The position numbers were made by a program, and so were the translations under genes. The notes beneath the pieces are model-generated. The model saw only the letters and a program-made list of their open reading frames with translations, did not search any database and was not told the DNA's origin. From assembly GCA_903813345.2 (NCBI GenBank), contig CAIIXF020000001.1:27900001-27964000 (forward strand): a DNA stretch of 64,000 nt. Reading direction: 5' to 3'. Positions within the stretch are counted from its first letter, which is position 1; each line of letters begins with the position of its first letter. Shown here in pieces: positions 1 to 10,882 of the stretch. The DNA is from Owenia fusiformis (lineage: Eukaryota).

Positions 1-1170
1 TTTCACCAATAAGCGCTTATTTGAAAACTTAAAAAGCTCAAGACCAAAATTACCATTCCCATGCGTGATTTTAATAGTTTAATTTTGCTTCTTTAAGACC
101 GAGCTTCATCTGCTTTCACTCAGAATACAACAAAATAATTTTTACAATAAAAATGAAATGAAACTCCAGTAACCAATGAATATTTTTTTAGAAATGTATT
201 ATATCAATGCCCAGTGTGTCAAATATGACATGGCAAAATCCGGAAGCACACTCTTCTGGGAATAGAACTGTTGTCATGCTATTTTCTTCTCTATTAACCT
301 ATTGATTTAGAGATATCGGCTTTGTTTGACAACCAATTAACGTATGAACACATCGTTATGGAATACTCTTTGATAACAAATTTATTGAAAAAGGCGCTAA
401 ACTGTACTGAAATTAAGCTTTAATCATCTTGTAGCTATCAAAGATTCATAAATGGTACACAGGGCCTTCCATTTCAATGTTAACTAAATTGAATTACTAT
501 ACCTCTAGTAATGGAAGTTCAAAAATTAAAGCTAGCGATTCCACAAATGTCAGTCAGTCACCGAAACAACTGCCAAATGGAATGTTATCTTTTATAAGAG
601 AGGTGAAGGTCTACCATCGGGCTTTCTCGATTCTTGCTCAAATTAAAATAGGCGATGGTCTATTTGATTCGTCGAGTGTGACAAATGCCTTTAAATGGTG
701 TCAAGTCTTAAAAACACATGGATGAATATTTTTCGAATTTTATCAGTCAATTATCTTTATATCAATAGTTATGACTAAAAATATTTAGCTCGCATAGAGA
801 GCATCATTGATCGACACCATTGTTAACAAGATGACGTTTCTCCTGTTAGAGGCCTGTCCAGTCCATTGGATGGGCTTATCGGTGTGACATGGGCCCCAAG
901 TCGTTTTGCGATTTTGAGAGTTCATTTTTGTGGCCAAAGACGTGAATCAGGATGCATCTGAAAATTGTCAATGTTTTGTTAATGATTGTTATCTTTCGTG
1001 AATGTAATAACCACGTGATTCTGATTTGTAACAAAAACTCGAGCCCGGAAACGTGACATACTCTCTATAGCAATCGAATACGTATTGTTACTTTATCTGA
1101 TGTGATGACGTGAAAATACCCCTGCTCTCCATAGCTTCTTCTTTAGGCCAATTCATTTTTTGAATTTTAG

Positions 1171-1360
1171 AGTGAGCTACTCAATCAAGATGGCTCCTCC
1201 TTAGAAGAACGACAATTCACTAATAATTTACCAGAGTACTCAGAGGACGCCACTAATTTGCTGCCAGAGCGTGAGGAACAGTTAGCAACTTTACAAAATG
1301 AGATATTCAACGGACTAACGGATTATATAAATTACCTTGAACAAAAGCGAGTATTAGGAG
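1171..1360 (+). CDS. Probable internal coding exon of an unidentified gene (acidic peptide ending ...YLEQKRVLG)
   Basis: Pyrimidine tract plus AG at 1169-1170, GT donor at 1361 (GAG|GTAATA), and 190 nt open in frame: SELLNQDGSSLEERQFTNNLPEYSEDATNLLPEREEQLATLQNEIFNGLTDYINYLEQKRVLG. No family recognised. Confidence 0.45.
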
Positions 1361-1530
1361 GTAATATATCCTTTATAGTTATCAGGCAGCCCTTCAAGGG
1401 GCCTCTTATAGTTTTTGTAATTATTGTTTATTTATTTATTTATTATTCTTTTTAGCACTTTTTCTCCAACTTCCAGCTAGGTTTCAGTTATCTCATATAT
1501 GGTCCTATTAGGGACCTGGTCTGGACTGGT

Positions 1531-4500
1531 TTTTTTTTTTTTTTTATTAATCATCTTTATTGTATTCCATAAAATACAGATATACAAACTTAAACAATTG
1601 CCAAAGTCTAATGACATTGACGGCAATTATGAGTGAAATCCAAAGGAATGTTATTAAGTTTTTACATAATAAGTTATTTTTATGTCATGTTATTGTTAAA
1701 ATAGATGAAAAAAAGTCAATAAAATATCATCACACTACACTCGTATATCACAAAAATGTGTAAGTTTTTTTTTTCCCCTTGGCCAGAGGGATTTCAGTTG
1801 TAACATGTTGTAATCGATTACATGTCCAAAAGATCTAGACCCTGGTGGATATAATATGCTACTATGTTCATTAGTTTCTCATTGACATCTATTGGAAATT
1901 TATTATCTCCAAAAAGTAAGAACTGGGATTGATCATGCATATTAAGTCCATCATAGTGGGTACGGATCCCTATCGTCTCCAATCCTGCAAGTAGTGTTAT
2001 TCTCTGTTCTGTCAGCAGTGGGCATTTCAACAGGAAATGTAAAGTTGTCTGGTTTGTATTGTCACATAAACATTTAGGATTAGCAACTCGTTCAAAGTTG
2101 TGTGCATGGAGGTGAGCTTGCAAGAGAAGTCCGGACCTGAGTCGGTTTAACGGAATTTCTAGGTAGCGAGGCATGGCATTTTTTAGTTTTGACGTTGATA
2201 GGGTAGAAGCATGGCTTCCATCGCCTCTTACTATTCTTTTAAATCTTGAAATTGGCTGGCCAATTCTATAATCTGGTGGAAGGTTATTCCAAAGGGCCAT
2301 ACCTTTAAAAATTGTAGATTTCTTAGCCAAAGCGCTTGTTTGAAGGGGAATCTTATAGTCCCTGTGGCTCCTTAGTGAGCGCACCTGTATATCATTCTCA
2401 TAGGACCTGACAAGATTACAAATGAAAGGAGGAAAGTTATTATATCTTGCTTTAAAAATAAATATTTTGAGATGTTCCTCTCTTCTAGAGGATAAAGTTT
2501 TCCAGTTTATTGATGAGAGAACTTTATTAGTGTTCGAGCCATGGATTGCTCCAGAGACTAGACATGCTGCTCTATAATGTAACCGTTCAAGAGATTGCAA
2601 TTTGGTATCTGATGCACTATTGTATATGATGTCACAATAATCAAAATGAGGGAGTATGTACGCATTATATAAAGTTTCAAGGTGCTTGCTTGACAAGATC
2701 TTGCAGAGTTTCTTCATGGGCCTCATCAGGCTTATTACTTTGTTAATTAAGTGGTCAATGTGAGCGTTGAAGTTTAGGTGCTGGTCAAGAGTAAGTCCGA
2801 GGTGTTTATGAGTATTACATCTAGGGACTATTTCCCTGTTCATTTTCAGAGGAGGAGGTTCAATATTAATGTTTCTATGTCCAGTGAATATCAAATCAGC
2901 GCTTTTCTGTGCTTTGAATAACATTTTCCAAGTTGCGGCCCATTGGTCTAAGTGGTCCAAATCACTTTGAATGGGTTCATGAATATCGAGAAATATTTCA
3001 TTTACATCAAAAGGATTATGGAGTGAGGTGTCATCCGCGAATATGAAAGTCTTTGAAACAAGACCATCCGGTAAGTCGTTGATATATATCAAAAATAGGA
3101 GGGGTCCCAACACTGAACCCTGAGGAACTCCTGCGTTAATTTTATAATTCTTGATCTGAGGGTTGTTATTATGTATTTGTATATCTGATTCTTGAGCATC
3201 TGTATGTTGAACAGAGGACCATTCTGATAAGTTATTATTGACCTTAACTCTGATACGCCTATCACATAAGTATGATTTAATGAGATTAATAAAATTGTTG
3301 TTACAACCATAGCCTTTTAATTTAGTTATCAATACGTTGTGCGGGACAACGTCAAAAGCTGAACTCAGGTCCAAAAAGATTGAGCGTATATGCTCTTTAT
3401 TATCAATATGTTGATGAAGATCATGTACAATATTTATTAGTTGATTTGTTGTTCCATGTTTAGGTAAGAACCCACTTTGGAGTTTATACAAGAGATTGTG
3501 CTCGAGAAGATGAGAAAGCAAATGTCTATGAATAATGCGTTCAAAAACTTTAGACAAAGTACTTAGGAGAGTTACAGGTCTATAATTGGAGGCAATGGTT
3601 GAGTCACCTTTTTTGTAAATTGGAATAACTATTCCCTCCTTCCAGATATCTGGAAAAATATTCTCATCAAGTATTCTATTAAATAGGTTGCTTACTGGTA
3701 ATGAAAAAGAGCTGGCACACATTTTTAACATCTTGTTTGAGATTTCATCAGGACCAGGAGATTTATGTACATCTAACTCGTTAAGTAGTTCAAAGACCTC
3801 TTGTTGTGAAGTTCTGAAGTTTTGGAGTATTTGATTGGTTCTGCTTGGAAAAATAGGTGTAAGATTTGCATTATTTTCAATCAGATTTTTCTGTACAAAG
3901 TATTTCATGAGCATATTAGATTTGTCCAAACTGGAGCATGCAGGAACATCATTGTTAGGCAGGTATAAAACTGGAATGGAAGAAATACTGTTTTTACCTA
4001 ACAAGTCTTTGATGAGTGTCCAATAATTGATTGAATTTTTATCACAATTTTCAATTTTAAAAGTAACATTAGATAAGTAGTCACTTTTAGCTGTTTCTAT
4101 TAATTCTTTGACTTTGCGACTTTGGGTTACATACTTTTCTTTATATGTTGCATTGTCAGTGGATTTGAATTTGTGATGAAGCCTATTTCTTTTATAAATC
4201 TCATTTTTAATGGAACTATTGAACCATGGTTGGTCATCAAATCTTGTTGAACGAATATTATTTTTAACATTTTATTTGATAATAGTAAGAAAATTTTTCA
4301 CAAGTTTTGTAGTGCCTTCGTTAACAGAATCAGTTCCAATAAAACTCCAGTCAAAATCCCTTATCTTCGAATTTAATAAGTCGGCATTCACATCTTTGAA
4401 GTAAAAAATTGTTTTTTTAATTGAAGGTTCGCGTGGAACTTTAACACTAAATTGAGATATAATAGAACAGTGGTCAGAATTACCAATTGGAGGATCAATT

Positions 4501-5578
4501 TTAAAAGAAACGAGATGCTCAGAATCAGATACCAACAAGTCAATGCATGATTTGGAGTTGCCAGTGATTCTAGTAGGCTCATTAACAAGTTGCGATAGAC
4601 CAAGATCAGTGAGCAGTTTTTTCAGTTCAGTACCAGCAAGATTATTATGGTCATCAGTATACCAGGCATCATTTCTCGCATTGAAATCTCCATTGAGAAA
4701 AACACCATTATTGGGTTCAATGAGCACTTGTTCTAAATTCAATTTGAGTTTTGAAAAATAATTTCTAGTTTCGTTCGCTGTCATTGATGGTGATCTATAA
4801 AAGAATCCATACAGAAATTTTTTGAAATTCACCCGGATTTCTACCCAACAGTTCGCGAGTTCGTCGTTCACATGCTGATCACATATTTTAGTCTCGATAG
4901 AGTCATGACTCCAAAGTAAAAGACCTCGACCCTTGTTATTTGAGTACTTTGGCTTGCCATATTCATTGATATTAAAAATGTTCGAACTCAGATCTTCATT
5001 GGATATGTGGCCAGTCTCACAGAGTGCTATTAAATGAAAATTTTCTTGTTTTGCATAGTTTTTGAGGAAATCCAACCGTGTAAGTGAGTCAGCTTTAATG
5101 CTGTTGACATTACTAAATAAAATTTTCAAATCATTACTTGGGCCTGGATTGCTTTCCACATCACCGCATAGCGTAATCAAGTAATGACATAAATGGCTTG
5201 GATTGTGGATAAACAATGATGATCCAGGAATACAGCACAAAGCCATCACAACAGTGGTAAGTTTCAAAATAATTAGGATGCAGTTTGAATGTAAAAGAAG
5301 GATTGATCTAGTGACCAGAATAAGTGTAAACAGTTTCACAAGAATATACAAAACTTGACACACAAAAATGATGGCAAGTGCAGTGAATTTCAAACAACAA
5401 ATGTCAAGGTTAAAATGTAAGCCTCCACTGAACAGTAGGAGGCTTAAAAACACAGTTGCTAATCTAATGAGCAGACATTCTGGGTGCACCGTTGAATCTT
5501 TAGGATACTCGTGAAGAGGATATATTGCGAAGCTGTTGAAACACCCTACTGCCATTCTCCATTGTTGTGAGCTAACAG
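1531..5578 (-). mobile_element. Apparently full-length non-LTR retrotransposon (CR1/L2 group; APE endonuclease + RT), single ORF
   Basis: Poly(A) tail (poly-T on + at 1531-1545). TSD GGTCTGGACTGGT at 1518-1530 and 5579-5591. APE motifs (NVNS, LCETG, GDFNA, CIDL, SDH) and RT motifs (KSPGPD, YRPVTLL, QSGF, FLDLSSAFD, GVPQGSVLGPLLF, FADD, HLG). Confidence 0.95.
1818..5555 (-). pseudogene. LINE polyprotein (hydrophobic leader - 2A-like peptide - APE endonuclease - RT - C-terminal Cys/His motif), ~1245 codons, one premature TAA
   Basis: Track ORFs 4272-5555 and 1818-4004 are in the same frame (267-nt gap). The gap translates openly as NVKNNIRSTRFDDQPWFNSSIKNE...YWTLIKD after a single TAA at 4272-4274. 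Confidence 0.92.
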
Positions 5579-7378
5579 GGTCTGGACTGGTCTGGACATG
5601 AAATTAGTTTATATCTAGGTCAAGGTCAAAATCAAGGTCAAATTTAACTTTTTCATAATTTCTTGCGATGAATTAAATTGTAACTAGATATAAGCATTCT
5701 CTAGCAAATTGCTCACTATATGTTCGCGTTTTTGAGATATTTGACGTCAAAAAAAGGTAAAAATTGGTCATTTTTCAACTTGCTTCAATTTGACCCATTT
5801 TTAAAAAAAATCATCTACAAAGTCTAGGGAGTTCAAATCTGACCCTATTAGATTTGAGATTTGACCTTTGGTTGGCAACTGATTATCTATCAACATTTTG
5901 CACCAGTTTTGAGATATAAGACCTCAAAAACAGAAAAAGGTCAAATTTTCCAAGTCCAAATTTCACTATGCTTTAAATTGACCAAACTTTTTTAAATCAT
6001 CCTTAAGTTCTCAAGAGTTTAAATCTGACCTTAGATTAGACCTTTGACCTTTAGTTGACCTTCAGTGATCTTCGAAAGATCAAAAAGTTGAATTTTCAAA
6101 TTGATTTTCTGGATTCAAAAGGTATATTTAATCACAAAAGACCTACTAAGGTCTAAAAAGTAAAAATCAGCACGGTCAAAGGTTAGTCATCAAACTAAAT
6201 CACAAACTGTGTTTCTAAGCATGGGTTTTCAATTTTTGAAAGTTACTCAAAGTTGGTAACTACAAATCAATATTTTGGGATAAAACTCGGGGTATGTATA
6301 TTTCTCTAAAGGTGCTACACATATCAGCCGTTGATTATCTTTTAAAATTTTGCACCATTTTTGAGATATAAGAGCTCAAAATTGAAAAAAAGTCAAATTT
6401 CTGAATTTTTCAAGGTCAAATTTCTTGCTTCAAATTGAACAAATATTTTTTTAAACATCGTCTACAAGTTGCCTAGAGTTCATATATGACCTTAGATTTG
6501 AGATTTAACATTCGGCTGACCTTCTACTTGTCGAAACTGACTACAGGGCCTTGCAATCTTGATATCTAGATCTAATAGTTTTTACTTTAACATTATCAGT
6601 TTTAGTTGTGTCATGGTGACGTGAATTTTGTAATATTCAACTTGCAGACCAAAACTCCAATGCCAGAATGTATGTTAAAGCATGTCTATGTTATGCATGA
6701 ATGTGTAACATGCAGTACATTACTACTTCAAAGATTAATTTGAAAGGTCAAAAAACATTTGGCAAGAAACTTTTTAATGAAAAACTTGGTCAATATCACC
6801 ATTTCAGTGTAAACGGCAACTCCTTATTTAATATTTCAGAATAATAGTATAATATAGCCATCTCCTAATCATTAAAATTCATTTTGTTTTAAACTTGAGT
6901 GTGATATACGTACATGTAGTCATACTTTGAAGAGATTTCATTTTACTTTCCAACATCCCAACATCGGGTGGCCATCTTGGATTTTTAAAGCTCGAATCAT
7001 AAAAATAGACATGTAAATCCCTGCTTCCTGGGAGTCGGGCTGAAGAACACGGAATATTTGTGTTATCGATATATCACTGTATCCCCCATCCCGTTGTACG
7101 GACGGACAGAGGAGACCTGACTAACGGATGTATTGAAGAATTTTTTGTTTCTCGATTTGTATTCATTAGTAGCTATAGAAATGCGAGCAACAAATCGTGT
7201 TTCCTAAACAAAACGCATAGCTCCCTAGGAACACTTACATTCTTTTCCTAATAGATTTAGATGACATAATAAATTTGATAATGGTAATCAAGTTACCAAA
7301 GTAGTTGTTTTGCTAGTTAATTCAATTTACAATGGCTTGTCAGCACAAGAGGATCTTGGTTTGAAACCAAAGACATAA

Positions 7379-7801
7379 GGCCATAAGAAGTAGGTTATTT
7401 GTTTTGCGTCATGGCAAAATCCAAATCATGCAAGGGTACAAGGAAAACAAACACAAACTCAACAAAAAACACAAACTTGTTTATGGGCATATAAAGGGAT
7501 GACATGCCAATTTTCAGTGATTACAAACACATATCTATACATCCTATACAATACATTTAAGCATAGCTATTATTCAAGGGTACAAAATAAGAAAATACAC
7601 AGTGTATGCTAAAGTAATCAATAACACTGTCAATTTTGACGCACATCAAATGATCTGCCATTTCGTCCGATTCTGATTGAATGAAATGCGATGGTACTTC
7701 CAAACCCTTGTAATTGCTATTTGGATGTGTTTGTTTTTTCTGATTTACTCAAAATCGTGCAAGCAAGGGGACGCAAAACAGAGAATGTACTTCTTATGGC
7801 C
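7379..7801. mobile_element. MITE, PIF/Harbinger (Tourist)-like
   Basis: TIR GGCCATAAGAAGTA...TACTTCTTATGGCC, inner TGTTTTGCGTC/GACGCAAAACA, flanked by TAA on both sides (7376-7378, 7802-7804). Confidence 0.75.
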
Positions 7802-9815
7802 TAACCTTTATTTATGCGTGTTGGTTGATTAGCAATGCATAGAGATGGCTCGTTCAAATGACATGAAATTAGAAAGTGCGGTGTTCGAATCAAAATCTAG
7901 TATTAGAAGCAAGAATCCCATTAAAAGATAATACGGATTTAATGCAATCTATCTAGAATCAATACCAGCTATTGGAACAGCCAGGCTACTTGATGAAAGT
8001 GTAAATTCAAACGGTAGCGAAATTTATCTATCCTTGATATTGTTTTTATAGATCCCTGGATGGGCATTTATGGGTTTTTACTAAGATCATAACTGATTTG
8101 CTACCTACATTATTAATATCTTTCATCAAGAAGTCTTTCAAATGTGATACAAACAAAGATATTTCATAGAGAAATAATTACTATTTCGGCGTGATTGAAT
8201 ATAGAGTTAAATCAAATGTGCAGCGATCAGCTATGGCCTATAAAATGGTGTCAGTTGCTTTCGACAACATTAATTCGAAATCGAGGTATGTTATTGACCA
8301 TTGCGAAACACGTGTCGTGGCTATACAGGGCTCATTTGCGACTTTTGTCTTGTCCTCATTCTAATATCATTACATGATTGCAATTCAGTTTAAACCTTCT
8401 TTGAGAGCCGATGGTCTCAATTTGTTTAACATATGGATTAAACAAGTTTGATTTCTCTGATGGAATTGACATTCTGGCTTAACCAGCTAAGGAGTCTGTT
8501 GATTTGTTTAATGGAATTGTCATTTCAAACAAATGCCTTTGCCCAAAGTGCTTGACTGTATTGGTATTGAGGGAGTATTTTACTCTCATCGTGTCATTTG
8601 TTCTAGTTCAGAAATGATTATTAGAAGGCTATATCGCTTAATTATTCCGTAGTAGATTACTCTAATTTAGATCTTTTGTCTTCCTTCATTTTATTTTCAC
8701 TTAATAGCTCATTTCGTGTATCTTCTGTTTTGTGAAAATTATGAATCAGTACTGGTATGTGTTATTCATTTTCTGCATGTTGGGGTAGAAAACATAATAT
8801 CTTGTTTATTCTTGCGATGCTCTTCACATTATACATTTTGCATTTCAATGAGCGTCATCTTAAGCGAAGCCGTTTTCTCTATCTCCGATTCCGGTGTCTC
8901 CTCCGTTTTCATTGTCGCAGTTTCGAATTGTCTTGCATAAGCATGTGTATGGATATAATAACAAGTGATTAAACTTACATTTAATTGAAGTATCGACTAA
9001 ATCATACCCATTGTAACTCTTGCAACTCTTGTACTAATTATATGGTACAAACCAGACGTCATGTGAGAGGGTCGCAGTAAAATTGCCACTAATAAATGTT
9101 GCAACATATAATGATAACAATTTATTCTAAACTGGGAATTCAATGTTTTCCATGTCATATCATCAAATGATGAACTGAATACATATAGCAAGTTATGTAG
9201 GCAATTGAATTTGCTAACTTTATTTAACAAAAAAGATACGTTTCTTTAGCTTCAACAAAGTTATACATGTAGGTCTTTAAAGTCAAAATTGTTTTTCAAA
9301 AAACCTCTCCCATTGAAATAACACAGGAGGCGAATAATGATTTTCAAATTTGAAGCTCTGTAACTTTAGTATTCATCAAGTAAACTAAACACTTAGTGTG
9401 CGAAAATGTTAGACAATTAAATTTTCTATACAAAAATAGTTTTGCTGAATCTTTTACGGAATAGATATCCTGATTTCTGATTTGCCCCGAACCGGCCCCG
9501 AACCAACCATTTCCCATTGGTTTATATGGGAATGACGATTTTCAAAAATTAATCAAATTTATCATCAATTTTCGACCTATTGTGATTGAGGAAAAAATTG
9601 AGAAAACTTGGAGGTATTGGAAGTCAAATTACGTTTCCATTAATAGTATAAGTATTTTCATCGCAGGCTAAGTAAATAAAAATTCAAAGGTAATAAAAAG
9701 GCTAACAGGTAGTTCAATGGGGGAGCTAAGGTTGCCAAAATGGATTTTTGAAAACTATTTCACGTTAATGTTGACATTCATCGATATCAAACTAGACATT
9801 CACATGTACACGTCG

Positions 9816-10706
9816 CACGAAACTGGGGACAATTAGCGTAACATTATGGCGTCAAAAAACCAAGACAAAACAATGAGCAGCATAGGGCGCAAACAGCCTT
9901 ACAACGTCAAAAACGACAAGTGTCACATTTTTGTCAAGTTTAGTCAACCTAAAAATAAAATACTTTATCCTTATCTAATCATGACAAAATTCACAGGGTA
10001 GCAAGATCTCGAGGACAATATTTCTAAAATGTTTTTGAATTTTGGAAAACGGTCAAGAAATCCACTTGGGGCGTTGGTAAAAATTGATATGTATGGAATT
10101 TGTGGTAGAAAATCGATGCGTCACATTTTTTCAAGTCTCGAAAACCAGCTCTTATTTTAATATTATTTGCAAAATAAACAAACTGGTTATTGTTTTGTAA
10201 ATTTCGCCATGACAATATTGTGCAGTTAATTTTTCTTTCAAATCAGACTTGAATTAGAAGGTTAAATGAAGGTAAACTTATTGCTCGTCCCATCCGCCTT
10301 CAAAACCTTACACAATTTTGAAAATTTTAAAAGAGTTCACATATGATAATTTGAACTGTAGCCGTTAAGCAATTGTGACGTCATAAATGAACATGTTCCA
10401 TTGAATAAATTGTGAAATTTTAGTGAGGTTTTGATCATTATTTCAAAAGTTATCCCAATTTCAACGAGCCCTGTGAGTGTAAAGTGTTACGTCTTACAGC
10501 GTATTTGACGATTTTGGGATATGTTTAACTTTAAAAATATGTTGGATCCCATCAAAATTTTGAATAAAAAATAATTTCACTGAAATGCGAATAAAAAGTA
10601 TTTCAAAATGATATATAAAACACATAGCTAGCTTTTTAAATGATGCAGAGATTAACGCTCAAAGCTGAAATCAGCCCGTATTTCCCGAATTGTCCCCAGG
10701 TCCGTG
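9816..10706. mobile_element. Non-autonomous TIR element with CAC...GTG ends
   Basis: Left end CACGAAACTGGGGACAATT versus reverse complement of right end CACGGACCTGGGGACAATT. Flanks CACGTCG (9809-9815) and CACGTCA (10707-10713). Confidence 0.5.
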
Positions 10707-10882
10707 CACGTCATAATGATATTTATGCCTTCAAGTTCAAAACAAATTTTGTCCTCTATTTACTGAAAGTTCAAGGTCAGCAAATCTGGAATTCTATATC
10801 TCATCATATTCGACAAGCAGCCTCACTCTCAATTTTTAAGTCGCTGTTCAAACAAAATAAAATAAATGATATACCTTTATAA
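10707..10882 (+). pseudogene. Old 3'-terminal remnant of a CR1/L2-group LINE ORF2
   Basis: Translates ...KVQGQQIWNSISHHIRQAASLSIFKSLFK, the typical 'G..LWN.LP..IR...S...FK' end of these ORFs (compare KGMALWNNLPPDYRIGQPISRFK in the intact LINE). Confidence 0.6.

Larger units (their letters stand above)
1374..6590. repeat. TGACC/GGTCA-rich interspersed repeat (HINE/DINE-1-like), split by the LINE insertion
   Basis: Flanks 1374-1530 and 5579-6590 join across the LINE TSD. The 3' part has the degenerate tandem core (aaatcatctacaagttct...gttcaaatctgacctt...gatttgacctt) also seen at 29455-29760, 34870-35110 and 43600-43960. Ends are approximate. Confidence 0.55.

Noticed and set aside
1818-5555. 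Treating the 427-aa and 728-aa ORFs as LINE ORF1 and ORF2
   Set aside because: They are in one frame, separated by a single TAA. The first contains the endonuclease, so both are parts of one pol-type ORF.
8020-8700. Possible ancient LINE RT remnant (LNIELNQMCS)
   Set aside because: A single weak motif, too degraded to support.
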